This document shows, piece after piece, positions 42,751-64,000 of a stretch of DNA of 64,000 nt. The stretch lies in NCBI GenBank assembly GCA_001244265.2, contig CDLV01000004.1, positions 2,480,001 to 2,544,000 of the forward strand, read 5' to 3'. The position numbers and the translations under genes were made by a program. A model generated the notes under the pieces. It ran no database searches. It saw only the letters and a list, made by a program, of their open reading frames with translations, and was not told the origin of the DNA. This DNA is from Microbotryum violaceum (taxonomy: Eukaryota). The first letter of the stretch is position 1, and every line of letters starts with the position of its first letter.

Positions 42751-43210
42751 AATATCGAAGCTACGTCTAAATATTTGTGTACCCCAAGCAAAAACTAAAC
42801 AAACCTTGGCAAGCTTTGTACGAGTCTTGGGAATTGAGCACGCCGAGCACAACAACCGGACCCGTAGCTGGCAGAGCCGGCAGAGGCTTCGACGAGGTTC
42901 GCCGATGCAGTGGCCCTCGGTGCCGCGCTTTGCACTTTCAACAGGCTTGATGTGCCACACGGTTAGAAAATTGGGTCGCCAAACAAATGATTTTTCGCAA
43001 ACACGGTAACATCATAGATCAACAGCACTTCATACGAGATATTCGCCGAGGTTACATGTTCTCCAGTTGACTTGTGCTTCTCACGCCGATATTCTTCTAC
43101 AATATCCCATGCCTTGCATAGGCGGTTCAAAAGGCGGTTTCTCTTCTCCTCACGCTTTTGTCTTCCTACCATCATCGCCTCGAACCTTCACAGACCACCG
43201 TGCTTAGTCG

Positions 43211-44395
43211 ATGGCTACCCTCACAGCTTCCTCCGTGTACCAAAGCACGGAGGCACCACGTACAAACCTTGATCAAGGTCACGTCGAAGAACTCCAACGA
43301 AGATATCAAAACCAGCGCGTGACGCTGGCATCAATCGGTCCCAATACTACTGTCATCATCAAACTACCAGCAGGCCACTTCGGCCAAACAGTAATGACTG
43401 AAAACGGAACGCACCCTTTGGTCGTGACGTTCTTCGGAAAAGTTGCAACGTTGGACCGCTCTTCAGGAAAGCCACCAGTTTAGTGAGTCGTCACAAGACA
43501 GGCCGTTCTTTCTTCTCAAATTTCTTCGATCAGGATCATAGCTCACATCCATGTCTGAACTAATTGTACAGCATAACCAATGTAGACGATTTGAAAGGAC
43601 CCCATGAGCTTGGCCGCCAGATAGAGCTGGAGCTTTTTGAATCTGAAGCCATCGTTGCAAACGGCCTCCACGTCTTATGCTCCAAGTTTAGCGACGGTAT
43701 AGGCTCTGTTTGTAATGTTGCAGCTGAATCCGGTAAGCCTACTCGAGCTACTGACTGAGAGTACGGCAGCCGCTGACACAATCACATATGTCATCTCTTT
43801 GTTCCACAGCCATCCCATTTACCGCCTCATCCTCGAAGTCAAATCTCCGGATAGTCTGTTGTGGATTTGGAGTTGGAGTACCAATGAATGAATGAAGATT
43901 CGCTGTAGCTATACGGCGTTGATAGATGACCTATTTTGAGATAGAGTATTGCCAAGGTCAATCAACTTGTAGCAGGCGAATGGGCGAGATAGATATCAAG
44001 TGTGTGTTAAAGAAGAAGGAGAGAGTGAACGAGACCAGAGCCTTAGATAGTATCCGCGTACAAGCCACCTCTGAGTCCAATCAATACGCCACACCGCCAT
44101 CTGCCTCCATCCGGCGCCGCGCCACGCGCGCGCCAACTTCCCAATGCCACAAGTCCCTCTGGACCGCTGACCCTTTACTAACTTCCCACAACATAGTCTT
44201 TCTGCACCACAATTTGGTCACCCCGGAACAGTAATTACTGGCTGCGCGATATCGAAAAGACAGGAGAATCTGGAAGATGTGTACTGACATCAACACGATA
44301 GGTATTGGGATAATGTGACAGGAGGAGAACAGAAGCCGGGAGAACAGGGATATCCGCCGGTGCCAATGTGGGAGGCAGGGCTCGACGCCCAAGCG
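43211..44395 (+). pseudogene. Four-exon gene of unknown function downstream of RepHel, disrupted by a solo LTR
   Basis: Splicing keeps the frame: MATLTASS..GKPPVY / ITNVDD..AAESA / IPFTASSSKSNLRIV[LTR]FLHHNLVTPEQ / YWDNVTGG..PPVPMWEAG. 3' end uncertain. Confidence 0.55.
43857..44193 (-). mobile_element. Solo LTR of Copia family 2
   Basis: 337 bp, TG..CA, near-identical reverse complement of 58642-58978; perfect 5-bp TSD TAGTC. Confidence 0.97.
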
Positions 44396-44692
44396 TACCC
44401 AGCAGGCCAGGCATCGAAGCCACTGTCTGTCCAGCTTTAGCAGTAAGAGTTCCACGCTCATTGTTCAAGCTCAAGCGTGCATCCGTGCATTCTAGTCCTG
44501 ACTCAGCGTCAGCCAATCCTAGCCTCTCAGGAGCGCTCAGCGTATTTCCTAGCCTCTCCGGAGCGCTCAGCGTACATATGTATTCCTAGCCTCTCCGGAT
44601 GTCTGTTCAGCTTTAGCGGTAAGAGTTCCGTGCTCAAGAGAGAGCGCGCATCTGTGCACCACCCCACTGGTCTCCGCACCAGCCTTCCTAGC

Positions 44693-45259
44693 CACTGAGG
44701 GTCGGTTAATTCCGGTAAACCCATTCTGAAGGGTATTACCCAGGTCTCACCTGGGAATTGTCCCGAGCGCGCCTGGGTATTAACCCCACGCCGGGCATTG
44801 ACTCTTTGACGGGTATTACTCATCTCCCTGGGTAATACCCAGCCGACGGGGAATACCGGGCGCGCGGTAATACCCCCAGCCGGGTATTACTCATCTTTCT
44901 GGGTAATACCCACCTGGGGGTTAATACCCAGCTGAAGGGTAATAACCAGGCGCGCGGTGATACCTCCCAGCCGGGTATTAACTTTGACATGGGTAATATC
45001 TGCTTGGATGGCTGTTCCCCGGCCTCCGGGTTTCCGTACGTGCAGCGTAGTTATTACCGGGTTTGGGGGTTATTGCTTCCGCAATACCACCTCACGGATT
45101 CTAGAACTTCTCTGCAAGACTCTTGCCTCTGGCAGTGGACGAAACAGACGAGTGAAGGAAGACAGTGTATTATTCCAGGTTCAAAAAATTGGGCCGAGCT
45201 TCATCATCCATCCGGTCAAAGATGTACTCCCGAGACTCCTCTCGACCAACCCTCCGATG
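44693..45259 (-). mobile_element. CACTA/EnSpm-like element, right part (displaced by the inversion)
   Basis: CACTGAG at 44693; dense GGTATTACC/GGTAATACC array at 44730-45090; minus-strand HRRVGREESREYIFDRMDDEARPNFLNLE* continues the frame from 26795. Confidence 0.6.
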
Positions 45260-45264
45260 TATGC

Positions 45265-49934
<4,670 letters not shown>

Positions 49935-49939
49935 GGTGA

Positions 49940-50899
49940 TGTGTCTGCACTCCGTCCTCTCAAGGTGGACACACTGGTCGTGTATGGAATCCCAGAAGAA
50001 CCTGTGGGTTTGCCTTCGGATGAACAATGCGGGGAACGACTGGCAATCGGGATAGGTATGCCAAACTACTACTTGTGTGGGGAAACTTCACATGACTGAC
50101 TAGCACCGTGACTGCGCATTTTACTTGTCACCTTCCCTGCAGTGAGGAACATTTACAAGAAGTCAAGCACAACTTATGAAACTTTTGAAAGTCTTGACTC
50201 TCTTGCTCCTTTCGCAAATGCCGTGATACAAGAGCTGCGTGTCATCGCTCTGGGAGTTTACTCCAACTTGTCTCATCAGGGCAACACGCGCATTCGTCAA
50301 GTCGATGGGCGCTGTATCATAAATTCGCTCAAACCGGACTTGTCAAGCATCAACTACGAGGTCAAGGATTCCACACGATCTAACTGGCGTGATGAAGGGG
50401 AAATTCACATCACCGTCAATCAAGAAAAACGGTACAGGCTTTTGCAGAACATAAAAGGAATTTGAGCAGCATCCCTTGCTTGTCTTGCACCAGGAGGCCG
50501 TTCAGACGAAGACGAAGGGCGTCAACAATGATGAAGAATGAAGGTCAGCCTGGCTCATGCTCGTATGGCGGTAAGCTTTGTCAGAGCTTGGCCCATCAAG
50601 CGCGGCAGTGGATCGCGGCGGGGCGGGTGTGGAGTAGAGCTAGCAGAGCGCTGGCGGCGCTCTTGGTGTGCGCGCGCGCGACCTTTCCGACCCGCGCGCG
50701 GCGGAAACGCAGTCTGCGCGCAGCGCAGAAAAATTTGTGAGCATTGTAGAGCTTGGAGAGTAGTTTTCAAAAATTATTCAGCACTAGGCGGCCCTTATAT
50801 TTGGATATTTTCAGTCAAAATCTGGAAAAAATTTGGACATTTTGCCTCGAAAAAGGCCGTTTTTAGAGGGCCGCCTATGGCTGGGCTTTCGGGGGTCCT
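49940..50899 (+). mobile_element. Right half of the TIR DNA element with the 3' exons of the unknown gene (stop at ~50465)
   Basis: Ends GGGCCGCCTATGGCTGGGCTTTCGGGGGTCCT; frame DVSALRPLKVDTLVVYGIP.. continues from 31470 on the minus strand; last exon within ORF 50142-50465. Confidence 0.7.
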
Positions 50900-50907
50900 C
50901 CATGGTA

Positions 50908-51530
50908 CGGCGCTACCCTCGCGCCCAAGACTTGGCGAGGTTGCGATGGCCCTCCCTGAGTCCCTGGCGACCTTGGGACCGGGACATAGCAGCGAGGCTT
51001 TGTTCTTGAATGAGTGTCACTAAAATTGGATGAGAGTGAGAGGGAAAAGGAAAGGTTCGAGGGAGTGGCGCAGGATTATTTACGTGGTTTGATTTGTTGT
51101 TCAGCCCCTAATGCCGCTGGTCGACTGCCGGAATGACACTGACACCGCCGGCGCACCGCATCACGTGACAAACGCCAGCCCTCGCCTCGCGCGTCAGGCA
51201 GAGCTCTGCTGTAGAAGCGATATCATGCAAAGCTACGGGCTTGCGGTTAATTAAATACCATATGAGTGGAAGCATTGTTTTGTGTCAGCGAAAAAAAGAA
51301 GGAAAATACTGGGAGCGCTGTAGCTTCGTTGGAACGGCGCGGAAAATACAAAAGTCACCACAGGGCTTGTACATGACTTCTGATCGGAACCCCGACACCA
51401 CAGGCAGGTGCGGCAGACACAACAGTATGCTGGTACATCCACCACAGGCGGCCCTCCAGGCCGCAACCTAGTTAAAAACAGCGATTTTAGGTACATTCCT
51501 TAACTCACCTTTTTTATATATAGAGGTAGT
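50908..51530 (-). mobile_element. Probable 5' portion of Helitron 1, separated by the TIR insertion and the inversion
   Basis: Linked to 33388 by the 8-bp TSD; minus-strand TCTATATATAAAAAAG at 51524 resembles a Helitron 5' end; the chromovirus ORF breaks off here. Confidence 0.5.
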
Positions 51531-54046
51531 AATTGAGATTCTCGAGGGGTTCCCAAGTGGTCGATTCGGGGTTATCGTCGTAACCGAGCCACTTGACGAG
51601 GTACTGAGTCTTGCCACGGACTACGCGGAAGTGGAGAATTGCTTCGACCTCGTAAGCTGGGTCTTCGTCGATGAGTGACACCGGGGGCGGTGGCGGTTGG
51701 CGACGATTTGGAATTTGTTCGGTCGGGCAAGGGGTCCGGAGCGAGACATGGAAGACGGGGTGCAGGCTTCGATACTGAATAGGAAGATCGAGTTCGTACA
51801 CGACTTCGGAGACTTTACGCTTGATGGTGAGCGGGCCGATGCGCTTCTCGGAAAACTTGCGCGTCGGACGAGTGAGCTGAAGGTTGCGAGTCGAGAGAAA
51901 GACCCGATCGCCAGCGCTGAGAGCAGGAAAAGGGATGCGTTTCTTGTTGGCCCAAAGTTCGTGTTGCTTGAGGGACTTCTGAATCGCGTCGCGACAGAGC
52001 ATGTGGAGCTGTTTGAGGTTCGCGACGGTAGGGGCGTTCGAAGTATCAAGAGTGGGGACCAGATCAACCTCGAGAGTAGGATGGTACCCCTTGTTGGCGA
52101 AGAACGGAGATACTGAGGTGCTGGTGTGGGGAGCGTTGTTGTAACAAAACTCTGCCATGGGGAGAAGATCGGACCAATCGGACTGCTGGTAGTTAGTGTA
52201 GAGCCGAAGGTACTGCTCGAGGACTTGGTTCACGTGTTCGGTTTGTCCATCTGTCTCGGGATGGTAGGCGGTCGAAAGCTTCTGAGCGATGCCCAACGAG
52301 GAACAGAGGGCGGACCAGAATTTGGAGGTGAAAAGTGTACCTCGATCTGAAACGATGTCGTGAGGAACGCCATGTTGCGAAAAGATGTGGGTGATGTAAA
52401 GTTTCACTAATCCTTCCGCAGTTAGGGAAGTATCCGTCGGAATGAAGCGAGCCATCTTCGTGAAACGATCAACAATCACGAGGATCGAGTTGTGGCCATT
52501 GGAGGGCGGGAGTTGATCGATGAAATCCATGGAGATGGAAGACCAAGGTCGAGTCGGAACAGGAAGAGATTCCAACAGACCGAAAGGCTTGTGACGAGAC
52601 TGCTTGTTGCGGAGACAAGGGTGGCAGGTCGAGATGTAATTGGTGACGAAGGGGGTCAACCCAGGCCAGTAGAAAGATCGCTTGATGAGTTGGATTGTCT
52701 TAATGCGACCTAAATGGCCATGAGCGGGATGATCGTGACGACGACGAAGGATGCTGAGGTGGATCTCGTTGTCGTCGGGGATGTATATGAGGCCTTGGAA
52801 ACAAAGGAGGTTGTCGGCGAAGGTAAAGTCCTTATTCTCCTGAGTTCCGGTGCGGCAGGCCTGGATGAGGCTCGAGAGCTTGGGATCGTTTGCTTGCGCA
52901 CGAGTGAGTTCGTCGAGGAAGGTAGGAGTTAGTTTGTCGACTGAAGTAGATGAGGTTGCCGCGAGGGCGAGTCGATGTTGCTGGAGGACTGCGCGAGTAT
53001 TGGTAGGATTGGTTGTCGCGAAGTTGTCCCCCCCTTTTTTAATAGACGTTCGAACGACAACTCAAAGTGTCGGGCTTGGCACCTTGGACTCCGGGACAAT
53101 ACTTGACCACGAAGTCGTATTTGGCAAGCATTTCGGTCCAGCGTACTTGTCGCCGAGTGAGGACTTTTGACGACATGAAGTATTCGAGGTTCTTGTGGTT
53201 GGTGAAATTTGTGAATTGCGAAGTCACCGAGAGGAGGTAGTGTCGCCAGCGGCCGAGGCACCAGAAAACGGCGAGGAGTTCTTTGTCGTGGGTGATGTAG
53301 TTCAACTCCGCTGGAGACAAGGAGCGAGAGTCAAAAGCGACGGGGTGGAGGGTTCCGTCGGACGCGATTTGGGACAGGATAGCGCCCAGAGCGTAGTCCG
53401 AAGCATCGGTCTCGACGACAGTCGGGAGCGACGGGTCCAAGTGGCGGAGGACAGGGGCGGTGGTGAACACCTTCTTGAGGGCCTCAAACGCCGCGCGAGC
53501 TGTCAGAACCCAATCATATCTGATTCTCTTTCAATCTTATTTACTTCTCATGCTACTATTTCCTTCCTACTTTGCGCTCCTTCTTTAGCCTATTCCCTCT
53601 ACGCCGGATCCCAGCGCCTGATTGAGACTCGGTTGACACGTTGGCTTGGGTCGAAGTCGCGCGCCTCGCGGGCGCTCATCTCTCTTCCTTCTTCATCCAT
53701 CTTCTATCCTCAATCTTGTGCTCGTACTCAACCCCTTGAGTCGGGATCCAGGTCAGTCCTTTTGCAATGCCCAACCCATCTTCCATCCTCAATCTTGTGC
53801 TCGTACTCAACCCCATGAGTCGGGATCCAGACTTCTAATACGAGCGCGGTCATTGAAGACGAACCTTGCGCCTTTGCGAGTAAGGAGAGTGAGAGGCTTG
53901 ACAATCGCCGAGTAGTTCGAAATGAAGCGGCGATAGAAGTTGGCAAAGCCAAGAAAGGATTGAACATCCTTAAGGTTGCTGGGTTCGGGCCAGTTGAGGA
54001 CCGTTTGGACCTTAGCAACGTCCATTGAGAGGCCGTCGGTGGAAAC
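51514..54046 (-). mobile_element. Ty3/Gypsy chromovirus pol fragment (RT end, RNase H, integrase, chromodomain), degraded
   Basis: [85 protein letters not shown]. Confidence 0.95.
53501..53840. mobile_element. Solo LTR of a different family inserted in the chromovirus
   Basis: 340 bp, TGTCAGAA..TTCTAATA degenerate inverted ends, perfect 5-bp TSD CGAGC; host ORF resumes on both sides. Confidence 0.85.
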
Positions 54047-58978
<4,932 letters not shown>

Positions 58979-60930
58979 GTGGGTCGTTCGGATCCATCTC
59001 GTCTGTCAGCCCGAAAGGCTTTCCGCAGTCCAAGCATGCCCCTTCACGCCCAGTCACCGATCCGTCATCACTTAGTTTTGACCCCTTGCGTCGACAAGTA
59101 GTTTGACCACAGAATCGACAGTGCCTTGCCCCTTTTGTGGTACCCGTGCGCGTCAAAGCGCTGCTCGTGCCCAAGTCCGCGCTCGAGGCAGTTGCAACAA
59201 AGGGGCGGATGGATGACGTTGGCGGATCTGAGGCATCGACTTCTACCTCCGTAAGCCTCCCCTAGACTGGCGGTTTGTGACCAAGTAATGGCTTAGCTGC
59301 TAGCATGCTAACATCACGACCGCGGGAGGGGTTGGTAAGCAAAGCTTGAATCACTAGGACGTCGTTCCCACCCATGTTCATTGTGGCTTGAGCATTTACC
59401 AGCGACGACCATCTCGATGCCCATATATTAATGTGCTCTGGCATCTGTATGAGGATTGCGCTTCAGCTCAACATCACCATTCAGTGTGACACAGACGCGA
59501 CATACTTTGTAAAAAATATCTAGTCCATTGGCATACTTGTTCCAAGGCTCGGTAATCTCGAATACCCGAAGATTTAGAGGAGCTCCCAGTCGTACCTTGC
59601 TTGAGAAATATCTGTATAGGGCTCGTTCGCTGGGTGTATGACATACAATACAACGAATCGAGTACCCTGACGTTCCGCTGGCCAGTCGTGACAAAGCTTG
59701 CGATCGGTTGGCAGCCGGCTTTGCATATGCTGTATCGCCGGCGTATTGTTTTGCAGCAAGTTCCGTGGCGGCCACTTGACGGGCTCCAAACGCAGTCCCG
59801 CGCTCGACTTGATAGGGCTCGATCAAAAAGCGCATTTGCGCTGTTGGCGACTGAACAATAGGTACGATGCCGAATGTTTCGGTGGATGGGGTGTAGAGCA
59901 GCGGGTTGACTATATCTGACACGGTGGTTGAGTGCCGTGGGAAAAATGCCGAGGTTTTGCGCTTCAGACGATGTAATTCCACAGTGAGCCAGAGGTCGTA
60001 GTGCCCCACGAATGGTTTTCCGGTACGGTTGAACGTCCCAACCTGCGAATACAAGGGATAATGGGTGAGAATGGTTGCCGCTGCTTCGAATCGCGACGGT
60101 GGAGTTGGACTGAACGTGAGATTGTGCACTAGCACGTATTGACATGACACGGAGAAACACCAGACTTTGGAAACCGTTGGCGAAGGTTCCGATGGATGCC
60201 TCCTTCGAGACTGTTGGTGTCGCGCTGGCAGGAATATAAACGGACACCGTCATCCGCCTTTCCATCTGGCCCTCCGCAAGGCCCAAGGTCGGTGTACAGC
60301 TCGATACCAACTGGATCCGATACTTGGCCTTTCCGAATCGCCTCAAGACATCTCTTCGCTGCCTCGTGCGCCGCTTTGTTGAAAAGAGGTTGCTTCGACT
60401 TCGCATCGACCGAGCTTCTCAAAGACCTCCCGGACCAAAGGCTCGAGAATGCCTGGCGGAGGGATCCATCGACGAACGCGTCTCCAAAGCTTCTTATTCC
60501 ATACCGGCGAACGGACCGCTTCTTCCCACATCATTCCGAGTTTTGCTAGGCAAGCCTCCATCAGGAGTAGAACATCCGCACTCGGGATGAAAACCGCGTC
60601 GGAGAAGGCGCAAGCAAAGGCTTTGGCAGCGCCATGTTTTTTGAACACATAGATCCGGTCAAAGAAATGCCAGAGATCGATTAGAATCTGCACAGCGGTA
60701 TCGTCTGAGGAAGGGACTAGTGAAAGGGGATAGTTTGATATACGCACTTCAGCTCCAGCCCCGGCGCCAGGACTGGGGCAAGTCCGTAGTAACTGACCTT
60801 TGCTTGTTGCAGCCTTGCCCCAGATAGCTTTGCCAGCTGCTTCATTCTGTCGTCCGTGTTATCGGCGCTTCGTTTCCGAAAGAAGCGTGACAGCAGTTGC
60901 ATCGTAGGATATGGCACGTTGTAGCATGAA
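58979..60930 (-). pseudogene. Degraded putative DDE-type transposase of an unclassified fungal family with a C-terminal Cys cluster
   Basis: ILIDLWHFFDRI, HG..KAF..AFSDAVF, RVRRWIPPP, PLFN, I.KG..SDP, YSC.RDTNSLEGGIH, VGTFNRTGKPFVGHYDLWL, HCRFCG..C..CLDCG; frameshifted. Confidence 0.55.
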
Positions 60931-60962
60931 GACAAGGGATGGCCGCGTGCGGCGCGCCTGAT

Positions 60963-61160
60963 TGCGCCAACTCAAGTGCGCCAACTCAAGTGCGCTAACT
61001 AAAGTGCGCCAACTCAACTCGGTGCGCCAACTCACGCGCGCGCGGTGCGCTAACTCAAGTGCGCTAACTCAAGTGCGCCAACTCGGGCGCCCGACTGCGC
61101 CAACTCAAGTGCGCTAACTCAATTGCGCCAACTCAATTTGGCGCGCGCGAGTTAGCGCAA
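60963..61160. repeat. Degenerate tandem array of TGCGC(C/T)AACTCAAG (~14 bp) with a final inverted unit
   Basis: About 10 units read directly; GAGTTAGCGCA at ~61149 is the reverse complement of the unit. Confidence 0.85.
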
Positions 61161-61181
61161 GCGCACCCCCAGCACCGGTAC

Positions 61182-61904
61182 GGCCCCGTATTTGCAGGGC
61201 GCAGGGTGTTATTTCCACGCGCGCGCTGATTTTACCCAAGGGCGTGGTAATTCCAGCCGTCACTTGGGAATACCAGGCCGTCGGGTATTACCCAGGCGCC
61301 TGGGTATTTCCAGGTCGCGAGGTGATATCGCCCAGGCCGAAGGAGATTCTGCCCAGGCGCGTGGTAATACCAGCCGGCACCATTATTACCCTCGCCCGGT
61401 GGTTTTCCCAGCCAGGTATGGTATTGTCCACTTGTAGTGTACCTATATCATAATACAGTAGAAAACCCTGCATTGAAAAACTACAATTCGGATATGAGCA
61501 TTAGTAAATTTGAATATGAGCATTAGTAAGTTCGAATACAAGTATCAGTAAATTCGAGTGTAAGCATTAGTAAATTCGAATATGAGCATCAGTAAATTCG
61601 AATATGAACATGAAGGTGACACCCATTACAAAAAACCTAATGCTAATTGCGCTCGGTCGTACAAGAGCCCATATTGAGACTTTTCGGGTGGAAATACCAG
61701 CTGAGAAAGTTAATACCCAACCGACAGAAATACCAGCGGCTTGGGTAATACCCCTCGTGAGGTGGTAATACCCGCGCGGCTGGAAATACCAGTGGGTCGG
61801 GTATTACCACCTCACGAGGGTATTACCCAAGCCCCTGGTATTTCCAGGCGCCTGGTACTTCCAGCCGCGCGCCTGGAATTACCAGGCCAAAAAGGCGCTC
61901 AGTG
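61182..61904 (-). mobile_element. CACTA-like non-autonomous element or end (CTCAGTG at 61898-61904) with GGTA(A/T)TACC-type arrays and an internal 22-bp tandem repeat (61485-61611)
   Basis: Reverse-complement similarity to 24353-24520, including AAGAGCCC.TATTGAGACTTT; left boundary uncertain. Confidence 0.6.
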
Positions 61905-62260
61905 AATGCAGTTAAGCACACTGGCTAGGCCAGTAGTGTAGGACTCTTTGACCCTGAATCAGAATCGATCATACCCACCAAATCCCCCTTGGGTGTTTTA
62001 CAGAGACACAAGGCCAGCCTTGCACTCCTGAATTGATGCCCAGAGCTCTTCGAATGCCATTTCGGTGATCGCGCGATCGGGTGATCGGTTCCAAAGAATG
62101 CGACGTGTATCGGCGGCGGCGAACCCTGGGAGTCTTTGATCGACTAGGTAAAGAAAGACACGATTAGGAAAAAAGATATTTCTCGGCAAGAGAGCTTCCA
62201 GATCGAAAGGGAGAAGAGGAGACGTAGCTCGACAAGTCGGCGTTCCGAGCGAGAGACGAT
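61905..62260 (-). mobile_element. LINE 3'-end fragment related to 18630-18905
   Basis: Aligns by eye (CACACTGG..GCCAGTAGTGTAGGACT..GACCCTGAA); encodes ..ASIQECKAGLVSL* versus ..ASIQESKGRLVSL*. Confidence 0.9.
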
Positions 62261-62439
62261 CAAAAAACGATAAACGATCGCAAATGTCTTACAGGAACAG
62301 CCCAATAAGTAGCCTCTGAGTAGTTCTAGTTACGACTTGCTTTTAGCCTATCGTTCAAGAACGACGTATTGTATTTTATGCACATCAAAGGCGCATACCT
62401 TACAGCAAATGCAGACACTATTAGGAGGTAACGCGCTCC

Positions 62440-62643
62440 AAACGCAAACAGCGCGACTGTTCACCGCGCCGCGCAGCTGGGCCGGCTATGCCTTGCGGCC
62501 CTGCGCCTCCCGCTACCCTGGTCTGCGCTTCAAAGTTCGACCGGAGGGAGGAAAATGTCCAAAAGTGAGGTGAGCCTCGACCCCTTTTGAGCCAAAAATG
62601 TCCTAATTTGCGGGCCGTCTCTGGCTGGGCTTTCGGGGGTCCT
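62440..62643 (-). mobile_element. Second copy of the ~200-bp left end of the AG..CT TIR element
   Basis: Collinear similarity with 33186-33387, ending exactly at GGGGGTCCT. Confidence 0.85.
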
Positions 62644-63091
62644 AGCGCACCCCCAGCACCGGTACCCCCCCCCCAAAATGTCACCAAGTTTCGGCATCAC
62701 TGCCATCATCTTCCGCATTGAAGTCCCACTCCTCAAGGCCAAATGCACCGTTGGCTGTGGCGTCGATAGAGTAACGACTCAAATCGTCGCTCTAATGATC
62801 ACTCATGTCAAAGTCAATTCCTTCGTTCGTGTTGTCGTCCGTGTCATCAATCGTGTCACCAGGGCTGCGGGCAAACGAAGTCAAATCCGGCAGGCCATCC
62901 GCTGTCGTTTGCTGAACAAGTTCAGCGTCGTCGGTACACCAAAGCGGAAGCGCCACGCACACCTCCATCTGTTGTTCGCCCGTGTTTTGGGTGCACTGCC
63001 ACAGGTAGTAACCAAGGCTCGGGATCGATGGCTCCGATGGAGGAGGGCTCCGAGTCGGTCGACGTGTCAGACGCGGCCTCGTTGGGTTGCC

Positions 63092-63224
63092 GTGATTACT
63101 GTGGTATTCGGTGAATACTGTGGTACTCGGTGAATACTGTGGTACTCGGTGAATACTGTGGTACTCGGTGAATACTGTGGTACTCGGTGGATACTGTGGT
63201 ACTCGGTGAATACTGTGGTACTCG
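63092..63224. repeat. Tandem repeat, 7 x 19 bp GTGAATACTGTGGTACTCG
   Basis: Read directly from sequence. Confidence 0.95.
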
Positions 63225-64000
63225 GGATCCGGTCGCATCCGCTATTTCAATTAGTCAAGGCTAAGAAAAGTCGTAGCGGCAGTAAGTCCTGGACTTGGGC
63301 GTCTCGACGACGAGTCATTCCCGGCGGCCACGAGAGGAGGGAGGCTAAAGCCGGCTTACGGGAGGGAGCGGAAGAGGATGTGATTTCGAACGGGCCTTCA
63401 CTTTTGCGCCGCCAAGACTCGGAAAATGACGAGCATTGGTGGGACCAGTGAGGCAGGATTTGGAAGGAAGACGGAGCCCGATGTGCGGATGAAGCGGTGA
63501 AGGGGAATGAACAGAAAGCAGCGGTTTGAACTGCCGGGACGTTTGAGGGGAGTTTTCTTCTTGTTTTCAGGAAGACTTCCAGGATCCAATACAAAATTTT
63601 CCTCCTTTCTCACTTTTTGCGTGTTTCAAGTCTCGTCTGGCATCGTCTCCAGTCTCCGACCTCAGCGTTTCGTTCTCGAACTCGGTCTCGCTTTCAATTC
63701 TAGTACCCCCACTGCAGTCTCTCGTGTCTTTCACCTTGGTGTCTTAAAAGCTCTTAGTCATCCCTTAGCCTTTTATTATCATATCATCTTTGATAGATAA
63801 TATCTTTGATCGATAACAACTTTGATCGCTATACCATAATGCCAGCAGCGTAGCCGGAGGATTTTACAAACGCCTCGCCTTCGGGGACAAGACTGGCTTC
63901 TTTTTCGTTCTGGCATGGGCCATGACCTCATGGCATCTTGTTCTTTTTCTTTTTCTTCTTCGCCCCATCCTCTGGCCCCGTGGTCGCCCCGCTCTCGATG

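Noticed and set aside
62680-63600. Acidic or low-complexity ORF fragments at the window end
   Set aside because: Interrupted by stops and a minisatellite; no assignable family.

Overview
Eukaryotic, intron-rich fungal DNA, most likely a basidiomycete of the Pucciniomycotina (Microbotryum-like; an inference from intron style, TE families and TCG-biased mutation). Only two clear host genes are present: RPC40 (RNA Pol I/III AC40, 8556-10409) and mitochondrial ribosomal protein S16 (17849-18470). They sit among nested, mostly decayed transposons: a MULE-like SWIM/Ulp1 transposase, a DIRS-like remnant, a KDZ transposase remnant with a convergent HMG-like gene, a LINE, two Ty3/Gypsy remnants, three Ty1/Copia copies (one with an intact 1374-aa ORF), two solo LTRs, a CACTA-like element and a head-to-tail Helitron cluster. 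The main result is a 13.8-kb inversion (31465-45264) produced by recombination between two oppositely oriented near-identical Copia copies. It is shown by swapped TSDs and swapped LTR haplotypes. Undoing it rejoins two split reading frames and rebuilds three otherwise cryptic elements: a CACTG-ended element, a Helitron, and a ~2.9-kb AG..CT TIR element with an 8-bp TSD that carries an intron-containing gene of unknown function. No CRISPR, rRNA or tRNA genes were seen.
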